Positions 40,801 to 51,868 of a DNA stretch of 64,000 nt are shown here, in pieces. This DNA is from Tubiluchus corallicola (taxonomy: Eukaryota > Animalia > Priapulida). A model generated the notes under the pieces. The model did not search any database, had not been told where the DNA came from, and saw only the letters and a program-made list of their open reading frames with translations. A program made the translations under genes and the position numbers. The stretch is taken from NCBI GenBank assembly GCA_030141605.1, contig JAQGDQ010000002.1:682001-746000 (forward strand). Direction: 5' to 3'. How positions within the stretch are numbered: the stretch's first letter is position 1; each line of letters opens with the position of its first letter.

Positions 40801-43800
40801 AAAAATGAAAAACATTGTAATTGGTTTTAAATTTGCATTGGCGCAAAACTTTCACAGGAAGTAACGTGGAAATTCCATATACACCGTGTGAGAGAGGCAG
40901 GTTGGAATATATCCTATCAGCATTTTAAAAAATATCTATAATCCGTATTACGAATATCAACGCTAAACTTGACGAACATTAACAAATTTTACGACGACGG
41001 TGATGGCATCGGCAATAAGGATGACTGTTAGCTTAGCACTAAAATTGACGTCTAACATAATGTCAATCATTTTCGTTCACTGCCCGATCATCGTGCAAGT
41101 TATTTCACAGCCTTGCAGAGCTTACTTAATGCTGGTACGTTCGGGACATTTAGCTACAGCTGCGTCTAATACTGTTATGCTCAATTTTTCATTAGTTAGG
41201 GGGAGAAATATTGGTCTCGTTCTAGATTTTATTATTGTCAATTGAAATTGCAAATGAATTAGTGGAAATATACAGTCTAGTTTCATTAATAGGAAGAAAT
41301 GCACAACGTGGATGCTATGTCTATGAGGTGCTGATTAAACCATTTTGCAATCAAGAGAATACGCAGTTTAGTTTAGTTTAGGGCTTTGCAAGTTAGATAA
41401 ACAACTACTTCGTTGACTTTAAAAAAGGACAAATTAATCTAATTAGCTTAGGCCGATCATATGACGCTGCTTTAATGTTCGCAAAAGTCAAATGGCGTAC
41501 CTGAACAGCCTTGAACTACTTGAACACTCGTAGAAATCCCATATTTAAGCAAAACGTTTTCAGAATTTTTCAGGCAAAATGTTTTCTTTTCTGGCCAGTT
41601 TTTATAAACTTTAATGAGATCCACACGGTCAAAATTAATTCAAATGTGGTCAAAATTTGTATTATGCATCAATGAAATATTTGTTAATTTTACGCTATTT
41701 TTCTGATCATGTTATTTAGTTTATTAAAGACAGTTGTTATCCAGCGTGAGCTGCTGTCCCGAATGCCGCTCAGCGTGTTTACGTCACAACGGAGGCGGAG
41801 CGATAGACCAGTATACCTGATGCCTGCATGCATTATTCTTTAGCGTATTTTCTGACAGTATTTATGACCAAAACTAGAAATTCAAAAGAATGTTGCTGTA
41901 CATTTTCTTGGATTTAGGCATAAGTATATGTCTGCACGTCAAAGTGAACACGAACAGCGGAATGAGTAGAAATTGTGTAGGAGTAACAAAATAGGAGAAC
42001 CAACGAAATGAAATTACATAAAAATGACCACAAGAAATTGAACTGTAATTGCCAGTGTCCCAAGCAGTTTGAAAAATCAAAATTTCGCGAATAAAATAGT
42101 TCGTAATGGTATCTGGGTACAAGTCAAAACATAAAATTTAAATTGAAAAACAAAATCATAATAAGAAATTTTCTATCAAAAGCAGTCTAATAATACAATA
42201 CAAACAGTACAATAATCTAATACAAACATCACAATATATAGTTTTGCAAGAAAAACAAGCTCGCGAGATTAATGTTAATGCTTGACTTGATGCCATATAA
42301 GCGTCAAATTCAAGTTAGGAACGAAGCAGATCTGCCAAGAGAAACGTAAGATTAAAATTCAAAGTAATTTAGGATTGAATGGATTTAAACTAAGTCTGAT
42401 CCGATGCAATACTCAGGCGAAATATGATGGCCAATGAAGAAATGCTGCACGAAAAGGGCAGGCTTTCTTGAAAAAATTTACTATCCTTGTAAATCACTTT
42501 GAAACGTTCCTAAAGTGTGCTAAATAGTAAAGACATAACTAAATATAGTCTGATAGCAAAATATTTTAAGTAATTAATAGTTTCAGTGTTAGCTTTTTAA
42601 TTACATCACGTGACTATGCGAAAAAAAACAGTAAACAATCATTGGAAGGCTGTTTTCTGGTAATAACAAATCGTCAAAGTGTCGTTTCAACAACTGTAGA
42701 AAAGATTCCCTTAGGACAATGTATGTCTCAATGTCGCGATGATATTATGCCATGTGACAAAAAGGCGTGTTGGGCTCTAGACCCTTGGGCGTTGTTTACT
42801 AGTTTAACTGGTTGTCGTCCTAAATTTGGTCACATTTTACTGACTTGCCTTAAAGGAGTGTTGCATAAAAACTACAATACAGGTAAGCTTAAAACTATAT
42901 TTTTGTATTTGCAAACATGTTGTTATAAATAATAGTAAATTAGAAAATTTTTTCATTAAAAACACAGAGATAGTCAATTGCATTTAAGGTTGTTATTCAT
43001 TAACGCATCGCTGCACTTATAGATCAGCAAAATCCATGTATTCCTATCAAACGTTTAAAATGTTCGTAAAAAACGTAAATTCTGTTATTAACCTGAGAAA
43101 CTCAATTTATCCTGATATTTCACATTTGAATGGAAACTTTGGTCATTTGAATTAATTTTGGGTTTGTGATTATTTGAATGTTTAAAGATTCGTTCGGTTA
43201 TTCTTTTCGTACTCAGTTAATTGTTGTGTTTAGCAAACTTAAATCGGATTTACGTTAATAAATAATCTCATGGATATTACTGAGTGACAAAAATTAAATG
43301 GGTCAAATCGGACTGTACACCTGATTTAATGACTTGTTTGCCACTCGCTTTTAGTTACCTGGGTTTAGTGCTGGATTTATTATTTTACAATCACAGTGTC
43401 TGGCTTCGGTTTTCACCGCTCCATTGCACAAATTACAACCTGCTAAAATTTCATTGAGTTTCCAGTATACAAAAGCAGTTAGTTTGTGTATCATCGTATT
43501 ATTTTGTGATAACCCGTTAACCAAGCTTTTAATGGAGTGATAGTCTAAGTAAACTTTTATCCCTATGATCATTTTAACATAGGTTACCTGAGCACCCAAG
43601 ACAGCTTGACAAAGTAATTTAAGCAAGTTTACTTTTTGTTGTAGGTCATTAACATTGATTTTTATTTAAAAACTAGTGAACATTAGACGAGTGAACATTT
43701 CAGACTTTTTGTAACCATGTCGGTTTTACGAGAGGAAATTTAATTCGCTTTCACGATTTGGTGACATTTACTAGTTTTCGGAGTGTTTGTTGTTCAATTA

Positions 43801-44039
43801 ATTTTAAATTGCTATGTTAACTTCATCCTTATCTTTGTTTTTGATTTACTTTGTAACAAGTACTTTTTATGATAAAATGTACTTGTGCTTAATATCGCAA
43901 TGAGTATTTTCAAATGCAAAAAGCTAATTGTCCTTATTTGTGAATAAGGACGAGGGCTTGAGAACAAGGTATGTTTTGTATTGTTGTTGTTTTTATTTAC
44001 AGATTTTTGAACATTTCATTTCGTTGCTAACAAGCCGCA

Positions 44040-44065
44040 ATGAAGTACGTTGTGGTAACCTACAG
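44040..44065 (+). CDS. Selenoprotein W (Rdx family)-like protein, coding exon 1 (MKYVVVTY + AG)
   Basis: Acceptor tttacag ends at 44002, ATG at 44040 and donor gtaaga at 44066 (phase 2). Aligns with SelW MALAVRVVYC. Confidence 0.75.
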
Positions 44066-45199
44066 GTAAGACTTGAAGAATTATTGCCAATATAATATAG
44101 CACATTTTGCATCCCTTTTCTCAAATATTTACAAAAATGAAGCCTATATATGTATCAAAATGGATTATATTATAAAACCTTTTAAGGCAGTGTTATTGAA
44201 TGTGTAGTACATCCTAAAATCACGTCCCGGTGTACTGATAGTTTTGGTCAATAATACTTCATTTCCTAAGAAAGTCTGATATTAATCAAGCGTTCTTAAA
44301 TCTGATAACTTTACGAAGCTTTTTAAGAAAGTTCGTAAGTTAAGAAGCTTGATAAAGCGTATCTATGCGATTGTTCGTAGGAAAATGATGAATCTGGCCA
44401 TATTACACGCGGCACTTTGAAGATACCTTGTAGAGTTCATTGCCGTTTAACGAATTTTAATTTTTTGCTGAGCAAAAACCCACTTTGCAATTTTTAGCTT
44501 AATAGTTTTTAGAGCCATGTGCTATGTTATACTGATGACAATAGGCCTGTTAAAATTCCGATCGAGTTATTTTTAAAGCCATCGCGTGAAAATCTTTGCA
44601 AAAATAAAGCCTATTGATATGCGCTGTGAATAGTAAAAAATTCTAGCATGCGTGACACTGAACAGCTTATGTTATATGTTATATGAACAAATTTACATAT
44701 TTACAGATAATTTAGTGAATACTTACATAACAAAGAAATGTGGCAGATTGATGACATAGCTGTATGAACAAAATTAAGTACATGTGTATAATAATCAGTA
44801 ATATTCTGTACAATAATTAATAGCATAATTAAATTAATTGTCACTAAATTATTGGGAAGATATAAGCATCAACAGGCTTAATAAAATGATGTCTGTTTTA
44901 GGGCATTATGTTGTAACTATTAATCATCGTCGAATTAAGAAGGCTTCTTCGAATGAGTGTATAAATTCGTCAAATGACTGTATATACCTACGAGGCTTTT
45001 ACCTCGTTGAATTAAGACATTCTAGCATGAATGTCAGTCCGCCAGTAACCTTTGCTCTTTTCAGCTCGATAGAATAATGTCACATGTAATATGGACATTA
45101 CATGGATATTACATTACATTAATATGTACAGTAATAGCTTACTGCACATTCCTCGTTAAGCTACTACCAGAACTGTAAGTTTTCAAACGTTTTTTACAG

Positions 45200-45224
45200 T
45201 GGTCACCTTGGCTACAAGAAAGAT
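45200..45224 (+). CDS. SelW-like coding exon 2 (25 nt; S-GHLGYKKD)
   Basis: tttttacag|TGGTCACCTTGGCTACAAGAAAGAT|gtaagt. Same size and phase as I recall for the Sec-containing exon of vertebrate SELENOW (C-GAUGYKSK). Confidence 0.8.
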
Positions 45225-45639
45225 GTAAGTATGTTTTCGAATTTTCTGATCAGGGGAAATGGATTAATTTGTTGAAGACTTGAAATGAATGAAACTCGTC
45301 CAGAATTGTCACTGTTGCCACTGTTATTGACAGCTATCAATCGTCACTGTCACAGAAAATATGTTTGTTTGTAAACTATAATTGTTATTAAAAAGGTATG
45401 TTCTTCAGGGATGTTATTTACCGCAGAAGCAAACGGCTTTAATGAAGGCTAGTCAGCTTCGAATAGTATATACACGCAAAAATTTAAAGTAATCGGTTAC
45501 GTAAGCTTTTTGTGTACGAAATTATGCATACGTATACATACTGTAGGCTCTGTCTATAAGACTGATTGTTTGTTTGTGTCATGTTGCAGTCGAAACGTTT
45601 GGAAACGTGTTTTAAAAATTGTTTTCTTCTTCCATGCAG

Positions 45640-45699
45640 TATGAAGACTTGAAATGTAGACTGATGGATCATCCTCTTGTGAAAGGTCATTTAATTATG
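45640..45699 (+). CDS. SelW-like coding exon 3 (YEDLKCRLMDHPLVKGHLIM)
   Basis: Acceptor ttcttcttccatgcag and donor gtaagg, phase 0/0. Aligns with SelW YLQLKKKLEDEFPGRLDI. Confidence 0.78.
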
Positions 45700-46768
45700 G
45701 TAAGGGAATTTCTCCAACCCTATTGGTTAAAGAGTTAAATTTAGTGCACATTTAATAAACAATTTATGTACATGCGCAAAATCTACTAACAATTGTCACT
45801 TATCAATATATGCAATACGTCCAGGCCACATTTTGTGTCCAGGACACAATTAACAGTTACCAATAACGATTTCATAAAAATGAACCAAATCATACTCAGA
45901 ATGTCATTGTGACCTGTTTCTCATCACAATCATTACCGACAATCAAAAACGTATGAAAATGTACACAAATCGTTGCTACTCACGTGTTTTTGTTAGTTGT
46001 TCATTCAAATTTGAAACACGAGTAAAACTGTATTCATACTATCATTCTCACACTAACAACTATTACGTTTCGATATTCACACTACACAATATCGTAAATC
46101 CCCTAACAATGGATCAAAACATCAGTATATCATTTCGGGTTAACAATTAACTGCCGCAATTAACGTTTGATATGTTAATGAAGCTAATTGTGCAAAAAAA
46201 TTAGCTCGCACGAGGCTATTAGCTAAAACACATTTGCACCACCACTTGACGCACACGTGTAGTTAGTCATAACGTACACGTTTTATCGTTTTATATTTTA
46301 TCTCTTTTTATTCATTGCATTGCCTTTTATTGTGTTGTGCGGATGTATTGCGCAGTACTAAAAATGAAAATAAATGTGGGAATTTCGAAGAAATGGAAAA
46401 TTATTCAGGCAAGCATATTAAAAGTCAAGGAAATAAATTACGTACGATTTGGTTAAATTAGATTGAAAGACGAGTCTTATTAGGCTAAGCGCAAACGATA
46501 TTATGTAGGAAGACGTGAGGGCAGATTTCATCGTGGTTTCAGTATGTCTAATAGACTAAGTCAACTTTCACTTTTGCAAAAATTCTTCCAGAAAATGAAA
46601 AACGTTTCTATTAGTAGTAATTTTAAAAGCAATATTTTTCTTAAAACGAACGATTTGGTGAACGATAACCTCGTTTAAGGGGTTGTGGTACTCGAGGACA
46701 CGGGACATTTCGAGTGGCTACCTTATCGTTTTGCTGTCAACGCGCGCACTTTCCACGTAGTGTATTGT

Positions 46769-46816
<48 letters not shown>

Positions 46817-47620
46817 CATAAAACTTTCCAGGCGTTAGGCAAGAATAGTAACGAATAACGAAAAGTTTTAGTTACTGTTACTGCAACGTCATTTTATCGC
46901 TGTTTACGTTTAAAAGGTCACTAAACACGGCTTTCGTTGGCTTCGAGTTTTGATTTTATAAGTGAAAAAATATTTTTTATAGCATATTTTCAATATATAT
47001 AAATAATAAATGAACGCCATTAACAGGAGAAGATTGAAACTCCATATATATATATATATATGTAGAAATATGACAAGGGATTTGGTTTTTTGACTAAATT
47101 AGTAACCAAGGCCTACTTTATACAAACTGCTTGTAAAATGTGGCAACTCACTTGCCTAGCTTTGGTTTTTTGTAAACAATTAAATTAATGAGTGAATAAG
47201 AAATTTCATTTTAAGGTCAAGATTTACAATTACCCACATAAAATAAATTGTTTTGAGTTTTTTTCATCTGCAAAATGCGCGTTATAGCAGCCGTATAGCG
47301 AACCGACCCCATTATAAAGGCATTTCGCTTGTTAATGCGTTTGAACGTCTGCTTTTCGTTATGTCATTTAATTAGTGCAATTAAAATGCGAAAGTCGGTT
47401 TATGTTCTTAGAACGTCTATCAACTTTCCTGTTTGCATTTTGTGCGTAAATGGGCAAGAAGAAAACCTTCAGTTGTTGCACAAGTTTTAATACAGGTATA
47501 CCTGCTGTTCTGTGCACATCAGTAAAATTAAATAACATAACTGAAAGCGATTTCAATTAGCAAATTCAAAGGAAGAATAAGAGGAAAGAGGTTCTTTATA
47601 ATGGTGGTCGGTTGTTTTAG

Positions 47621-47701
47621 ATTCCTATGGAGAGCAACTGTCATCATTGCGATCTTTTTGAAGTTGATCTTGTTAACGTTGAACTGCTACATTCCAAGAA
47701 G
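47621..47701 (+). CDS. SelW-like exon 4A (IPMESNCHHCDLFEVDLVNVELLHSKK)
   Basis: Acceptor ttttag and donor gtacgt. FEV...LHSKK is the Rdx/SelW signature. Confidence 0.85.
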
Positions 47702-48059
47702 GTACGTTTAGTTTTATAATTTTAAGTAATTAATATACTGTAGATTAATGAAAATTGAATAATCATGCTGAAATTACTGACATTCAGCAAACTGTTACCC
47801 TCCGTTGACGCTAGTTCGCGAAATGTAGGGTTTTATTATTGCCGTTTCTGCACACGCTTCACTTGCAATTTGATTTAAAATAAATCATTGTAAATTTTTA
47901 AGGTGTTGTGTTCAACAATTCATGGTGCCAGTTCCTGTCACGTTACACAAAAAACGAAGACTTTTAAACATTAAACATAAACAAAGATTTTTTAAAACCA
48001 CATTTTTATAAACATAATTCCAAGTAACAATGTCTAAATAAATTACAATTCTATTTTAG

Positions 48060-48131
48060 AATGGTGATGGTATGGTTGATACTTTGTCCAAGGTTGACAA
48101 GGTTGCTGAAGGTATCAAGGCGCACATGTGA
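48060..48131 (+). CDS. SelW-like exon 5A (NGDGMVDTLSKVDKVAEGIKAHM*)
   Basis: Acceptor ttttag. Aligns with SelW [21 protein letters not shown]. A donor gtaaga at 48148 suggests a 3'UTR intron. Confidence 0.85.
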   Translation, partial: NGDGMVDTLSKVDKVAEGIKAHM

Positions 48132-49251
48132 ATGTAAATAGCTGTCGGTAAGAAGGATGTACACTTTTTTAAAAAAATTACTTTGTGGATGAAGCTTTTC
48201 CAAAGTGTTCGTTTCACACATAGGAACTCCCAGCTAGTTTAAATACAGCGCGTACACAGATACACAGAAAGAGACTGCAAGCGTGAAATATTGATCAATA
48301 CTTCAAAAGTGTATCGCTAAAGTGCAACATGGCGCCCACAGTTTGCTCCACAAATTCGCAATTTGCAATTATTTCTCCACGATAAAGCCACGTAAAAAAG
48401 AATGGTACAAGTAAACAAAGTTTTAAAAGCAGTTTTTTCTAAAAGAATGCGAAAAGAAACTGTTACTGGTTTATTAATGTTTTCATACTGTATTTGGAAA
48501 AAATGTTGTTTTATTCAAGACTAAGAATGCTTTTTCAATAGAAACGTTGTCACGCTTAGTACTTAAGCAAATATAATGGCTGAAATGCAAGACGTTACTT
48601 CACGCATTTCTTCGCTTATTAGTTATGCTAACAGAAAAGCATTGAAACTGACTGACAGCTTTTCTGGTTCAAATAAAGACACTCTCAACTCTATCAAGGG
48701 CTTAGAAACCAATTTTGACGTAGATGAAAACCTGTAACGGAATAAAGTGAAATCAAAAATACAAAGTAGTCCTTTAAACGGTTACAAGATGCGTAGTAGG
48801 TTTACTATTATCGGCTCTCATTTGAGTTATCTTCAGCCACTGTGATGACATTTCAACAGTAATCACTATAATTTTTAACTTTTTCAGGATCATCGTTCTT
48901 GAGAACGTGTATCCAACAGCGCTATTACGACATTTTTGAAGTGATGTGATGTTTAGTAATGACAGCAGTTTCTTAGTCAATTCATATTACTACGTCTTGG
49001 CTTCCTCAATGAGAGTATTGAAGCAAAGCGGGAAGCATTTCTCTACTTGAAGATAGGGAAGCTCGGGCGGTGCAGAAGAATTTAAATACTTTAGCTTTTT
49101 AACATGTAAAAACAAAAATCCTTACAACTGATTGTATAATTCCCAGTACTGCCTGTTAACTTCTACCTCGTTATTTCAGTTAGCCAAATAACACCGAATA
49201 GTTTATTTTTATGGAATTTCTAACCTATGTTTATTAATTTTGTTTTTGTAG

Positions 49252-49365
49252 ATCGATAGTATAATAGAAAGTATGTATGCTCGGATTAGTCAGTTATTGA
49301 TCAGTTCATCATGCATCCGTTCTTGTAATGTGTATTTCTAATAAAAATGTTAATGTAGTATTAAA
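49252..49365 (+). other. Probable non-coding 3'UTR exon of SelW-like isoform A
   Basis: Branch-like TCTAAC at ~49219, a polypyrimidine tract with AG ending at 49251, and AATAAA at 49340-49345. Confidence 0.45.
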
Positions 49366-50069
49366 AATAGTCTTTCTCTTATCTTGATCTCTTATCTAAG
49401 ACTTGATATTTAAGTTAGGGATATTGGAAAGCCGAGTATACTAAGCCAACAGATGTACTGTGGCACTGCCCTCCCATGAAAAAGTAAGTCGGAACCAAAT
49501 GTTAGTTGCTGAGTTCAACTGCGTCTTGTAAATCTCACTAGCTATTGCAGAAATTTGTTCTATGATATAAATCAATCAATTCGCTGACAATACTCTCAAA
49601 GAGATGTTGTACTGAACTGTATTTGTTCACAGTTAAGAAAGTATCGCTTTAATTGTGGAGTTCGTACCACTGTATTGTGCCTTTATTGCTGCTATTTTGC
49701 TCAAACTTACCAACGCTCCAACACTGTTAACAGCTAGGAAGGAGCCTGTCGTTAAGATCATTGCGAAAAAATAACAGTAAAGAATAAAGAAACGCCCCAA
49801 GTTGTGTCAATTTTCTCCTTGCTTCTCTGATTAGATTTGTAATTAAGATAAACATATTGCGTAATTGTACTTAACTACAGATACTTTTTGCAAAATCTAT
49901 AACTCCATTGGATCGCTATTATTTGTAATGCAAGTTTAGCGTGTCTGTGGACAAGTCTCCCCTTCTCCGAATAAATTATTAAAGACTGATTGAAACATGG
50001 CAATAAAAAAAATTGAGTCCAAACGATCAGAGAGAGGACTAAATACCATTTTCTTGTGAACAATTTCAG

Positions 50070-50150
50070 TGGTGTGTTGAAAGTGAGTGCAAAGACTGTG
50101 ACGTCTTCGAGGTAGATCTAGTGAACGTTGAAATGTTGCATTCTAAAAAG
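50070..50150 (+). CDS. SelW-like exon 4B (WCVESECKDCDVFEVDLVNVEMLHSKK)
   Basis: Acceptor tttcag and donor gtaagc. 81 nt like exon 4A, with 19/27 aa identical. Confidence 0.82.
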
Positions 50151-50295
50151 GTAAGCCAGCACAGTTACAAAGTGCACAATTCATTTGAGCGTTTGCGTTT
50201 GATCAGACATTCAGCTTCTCCATGGTTGCAGAACGTCCAGCAGATTGGGCGAGACTTTTACATGTAGTAAGTTTATTCGGCGATACCCATTTTTT

Positions 50296-50298
<3 letters not shown>

Positions 50299-50348
<50 letters not shown>

Positions 50349-50350
50349 TT
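50299..50350. repeat. (CT)n microsatellite
   Basis: Perfect CT dinucleotide run. Confidence 0.95.
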
Positions 50351-50381
50351 CTCCTCTTCATCGTTTTTCACACTTTTTTAA

Positions 50382-50700
50382 CTACTCATTCGTTTTCGTC
50401 TACTGGTTTCGTCGCCTTATAATGTCTGGTAAACAAGCAAATAACAGCGATAATACGTTCTCGTCTCTTTTCTTTGAACTGCTCGTTCGCTTTGATCTAG
50501 TTACTGTTACGCTGCCTTATAATGTTTGGCAAACAAGCAAATAATTGCGATAAAACACACCATTCTTTGGCTACTCATTCGCTTTGATCTACTTCTTGCT
50601 GTAAACAAGCAAACGACACTGGCAAAGTACACTTCTTTAGACTACTCATTTCATTTACTACCTATTACGTTGTTTTATGAAGCAAATTACAGCAATAGAC
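50382..50700. repeat. Diverged short tandem repeat (~3 units)
   Basis: Recurring CTACTCATTCG, CGCCTTATAATGT.TGG.AAACAAGCAAATAA and TTCGCTTTGATCTA motifs. Confidence 0.6.
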
Positions 50701-51796
50701 ATTCTGCTTAGTACACCTCTCGTCTTCTGTGAAATTCAAAATTCGTCAGCACATGTAGTCACGCTTCTGTTGGTATTTTCGATTTTTTGAGGAGTTCTGA
50801 CGATTGAGGCGCTGTTGAAATTTCTGCTCAGCAGGCCGTAGTCATTCAACCTGAGCAACCTAGATACAGTGACGTATAAATAAGCGAATTACAACGATAA
50901 AGCAATTCCTTCGTGCTTTTCCAGTCCTCTGCGTGAAATTCTCATTTCGTCAGTTCACGTATTAACGTTTTTTTTTGTTATACAGCAATAACTTTTTGTT
51001 GAGTAACCCTGACCATGCGTTGCTTAGTTTATAATTAGATTTTTAATGAAAGCTGAGATTATTAATTAACTTATGGCTTAGTTTATTGACCATTTAAAAT
51101 TACACTAACAACTAATCCGAGTGCCAACATTTTTACCCAGCGGGCAGCAGACATCCAACCTCATGGCCTAGATACAATGTTACAACAAATTAATTGCAAT
51201 CTGCGTAATGCAGTGACATTTATACAGGTTGACATTCTGCAAACGATGGCCCAGCATGCAGCGACGGGGGTTTAGTTAATGTAGATGTTTGTGGCAGAAC
51301 CGGAATCTCGCTAATTAACAGTGACAGTCACCTGACATTGACTCGTCAGAGGTGTCTTGGTCTGATTCAGCTGCTAATACGTTCTCAATCTGCTATAATA
51401 GTAAAATGCACAGAATCTAGCACCTTAATGTGGAAAATCATTGCAAACTGCACTAATGTATGTCGCACGAATCTGATGCATGTGTAAAAACTTATTACTT
51501 TGATTTTTCTCCTCATTAGTTACAATTCTTCAAGACACATTGTGCGTTGAAAGACAGACCTATACATATAGACCGTTCTGGCTGATATTAAAAGGCTAAC
51601 TTTTTATGAAAATGCGCAAATTTTAAAGTAGTTTTCCGTGCAATACACTCTCTATATCTCAGCACAACACTTTAAAGACTCGAGGAGGTTGACGATTGAG
51701 ACGGTCATTTGGCAATTTTGTAATGATAGTCTAGAAAGATTCAAGTTGCAAAGTAAATAATTAATACACCTTCTGTGCTGAATTAATTGATTTTAG

Positions 51797-51868
51797 AATG
51801 GCGACGGGCTTCCTGATACGAATGCTAAGATAGACGAAATTGCACTGAAGATCAAGTCTCACATGTGA
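51797..51868 (+). CDS. SelW-like exon 5B (NGDGLPDTNAKIDEIALKIKSHM*)
   Basis: Acceptor ttttag. 72 nt like exon 5A, with 13/23 aa identical. Confidence 0.82.
   Translation, partial: NGDGLPDTNAKIDEIALKIKSHM

Noticed and set aside
42642-42932. 96-aa ORF upstream of the SelW-like gene
   Set aside because: No recognisable homology. The CAG|gtaagc donor at 42883 may mark a non-coding 5' exon, but this cannot be confirmed.
48189-48238. ATGA...AAA...mini-stem after exon 5A resembling a type II SECIS
   Set aside because: Helix II is too short and bulged, there is no 3' GA, and it lies inside the predicted 3'UTR intron.
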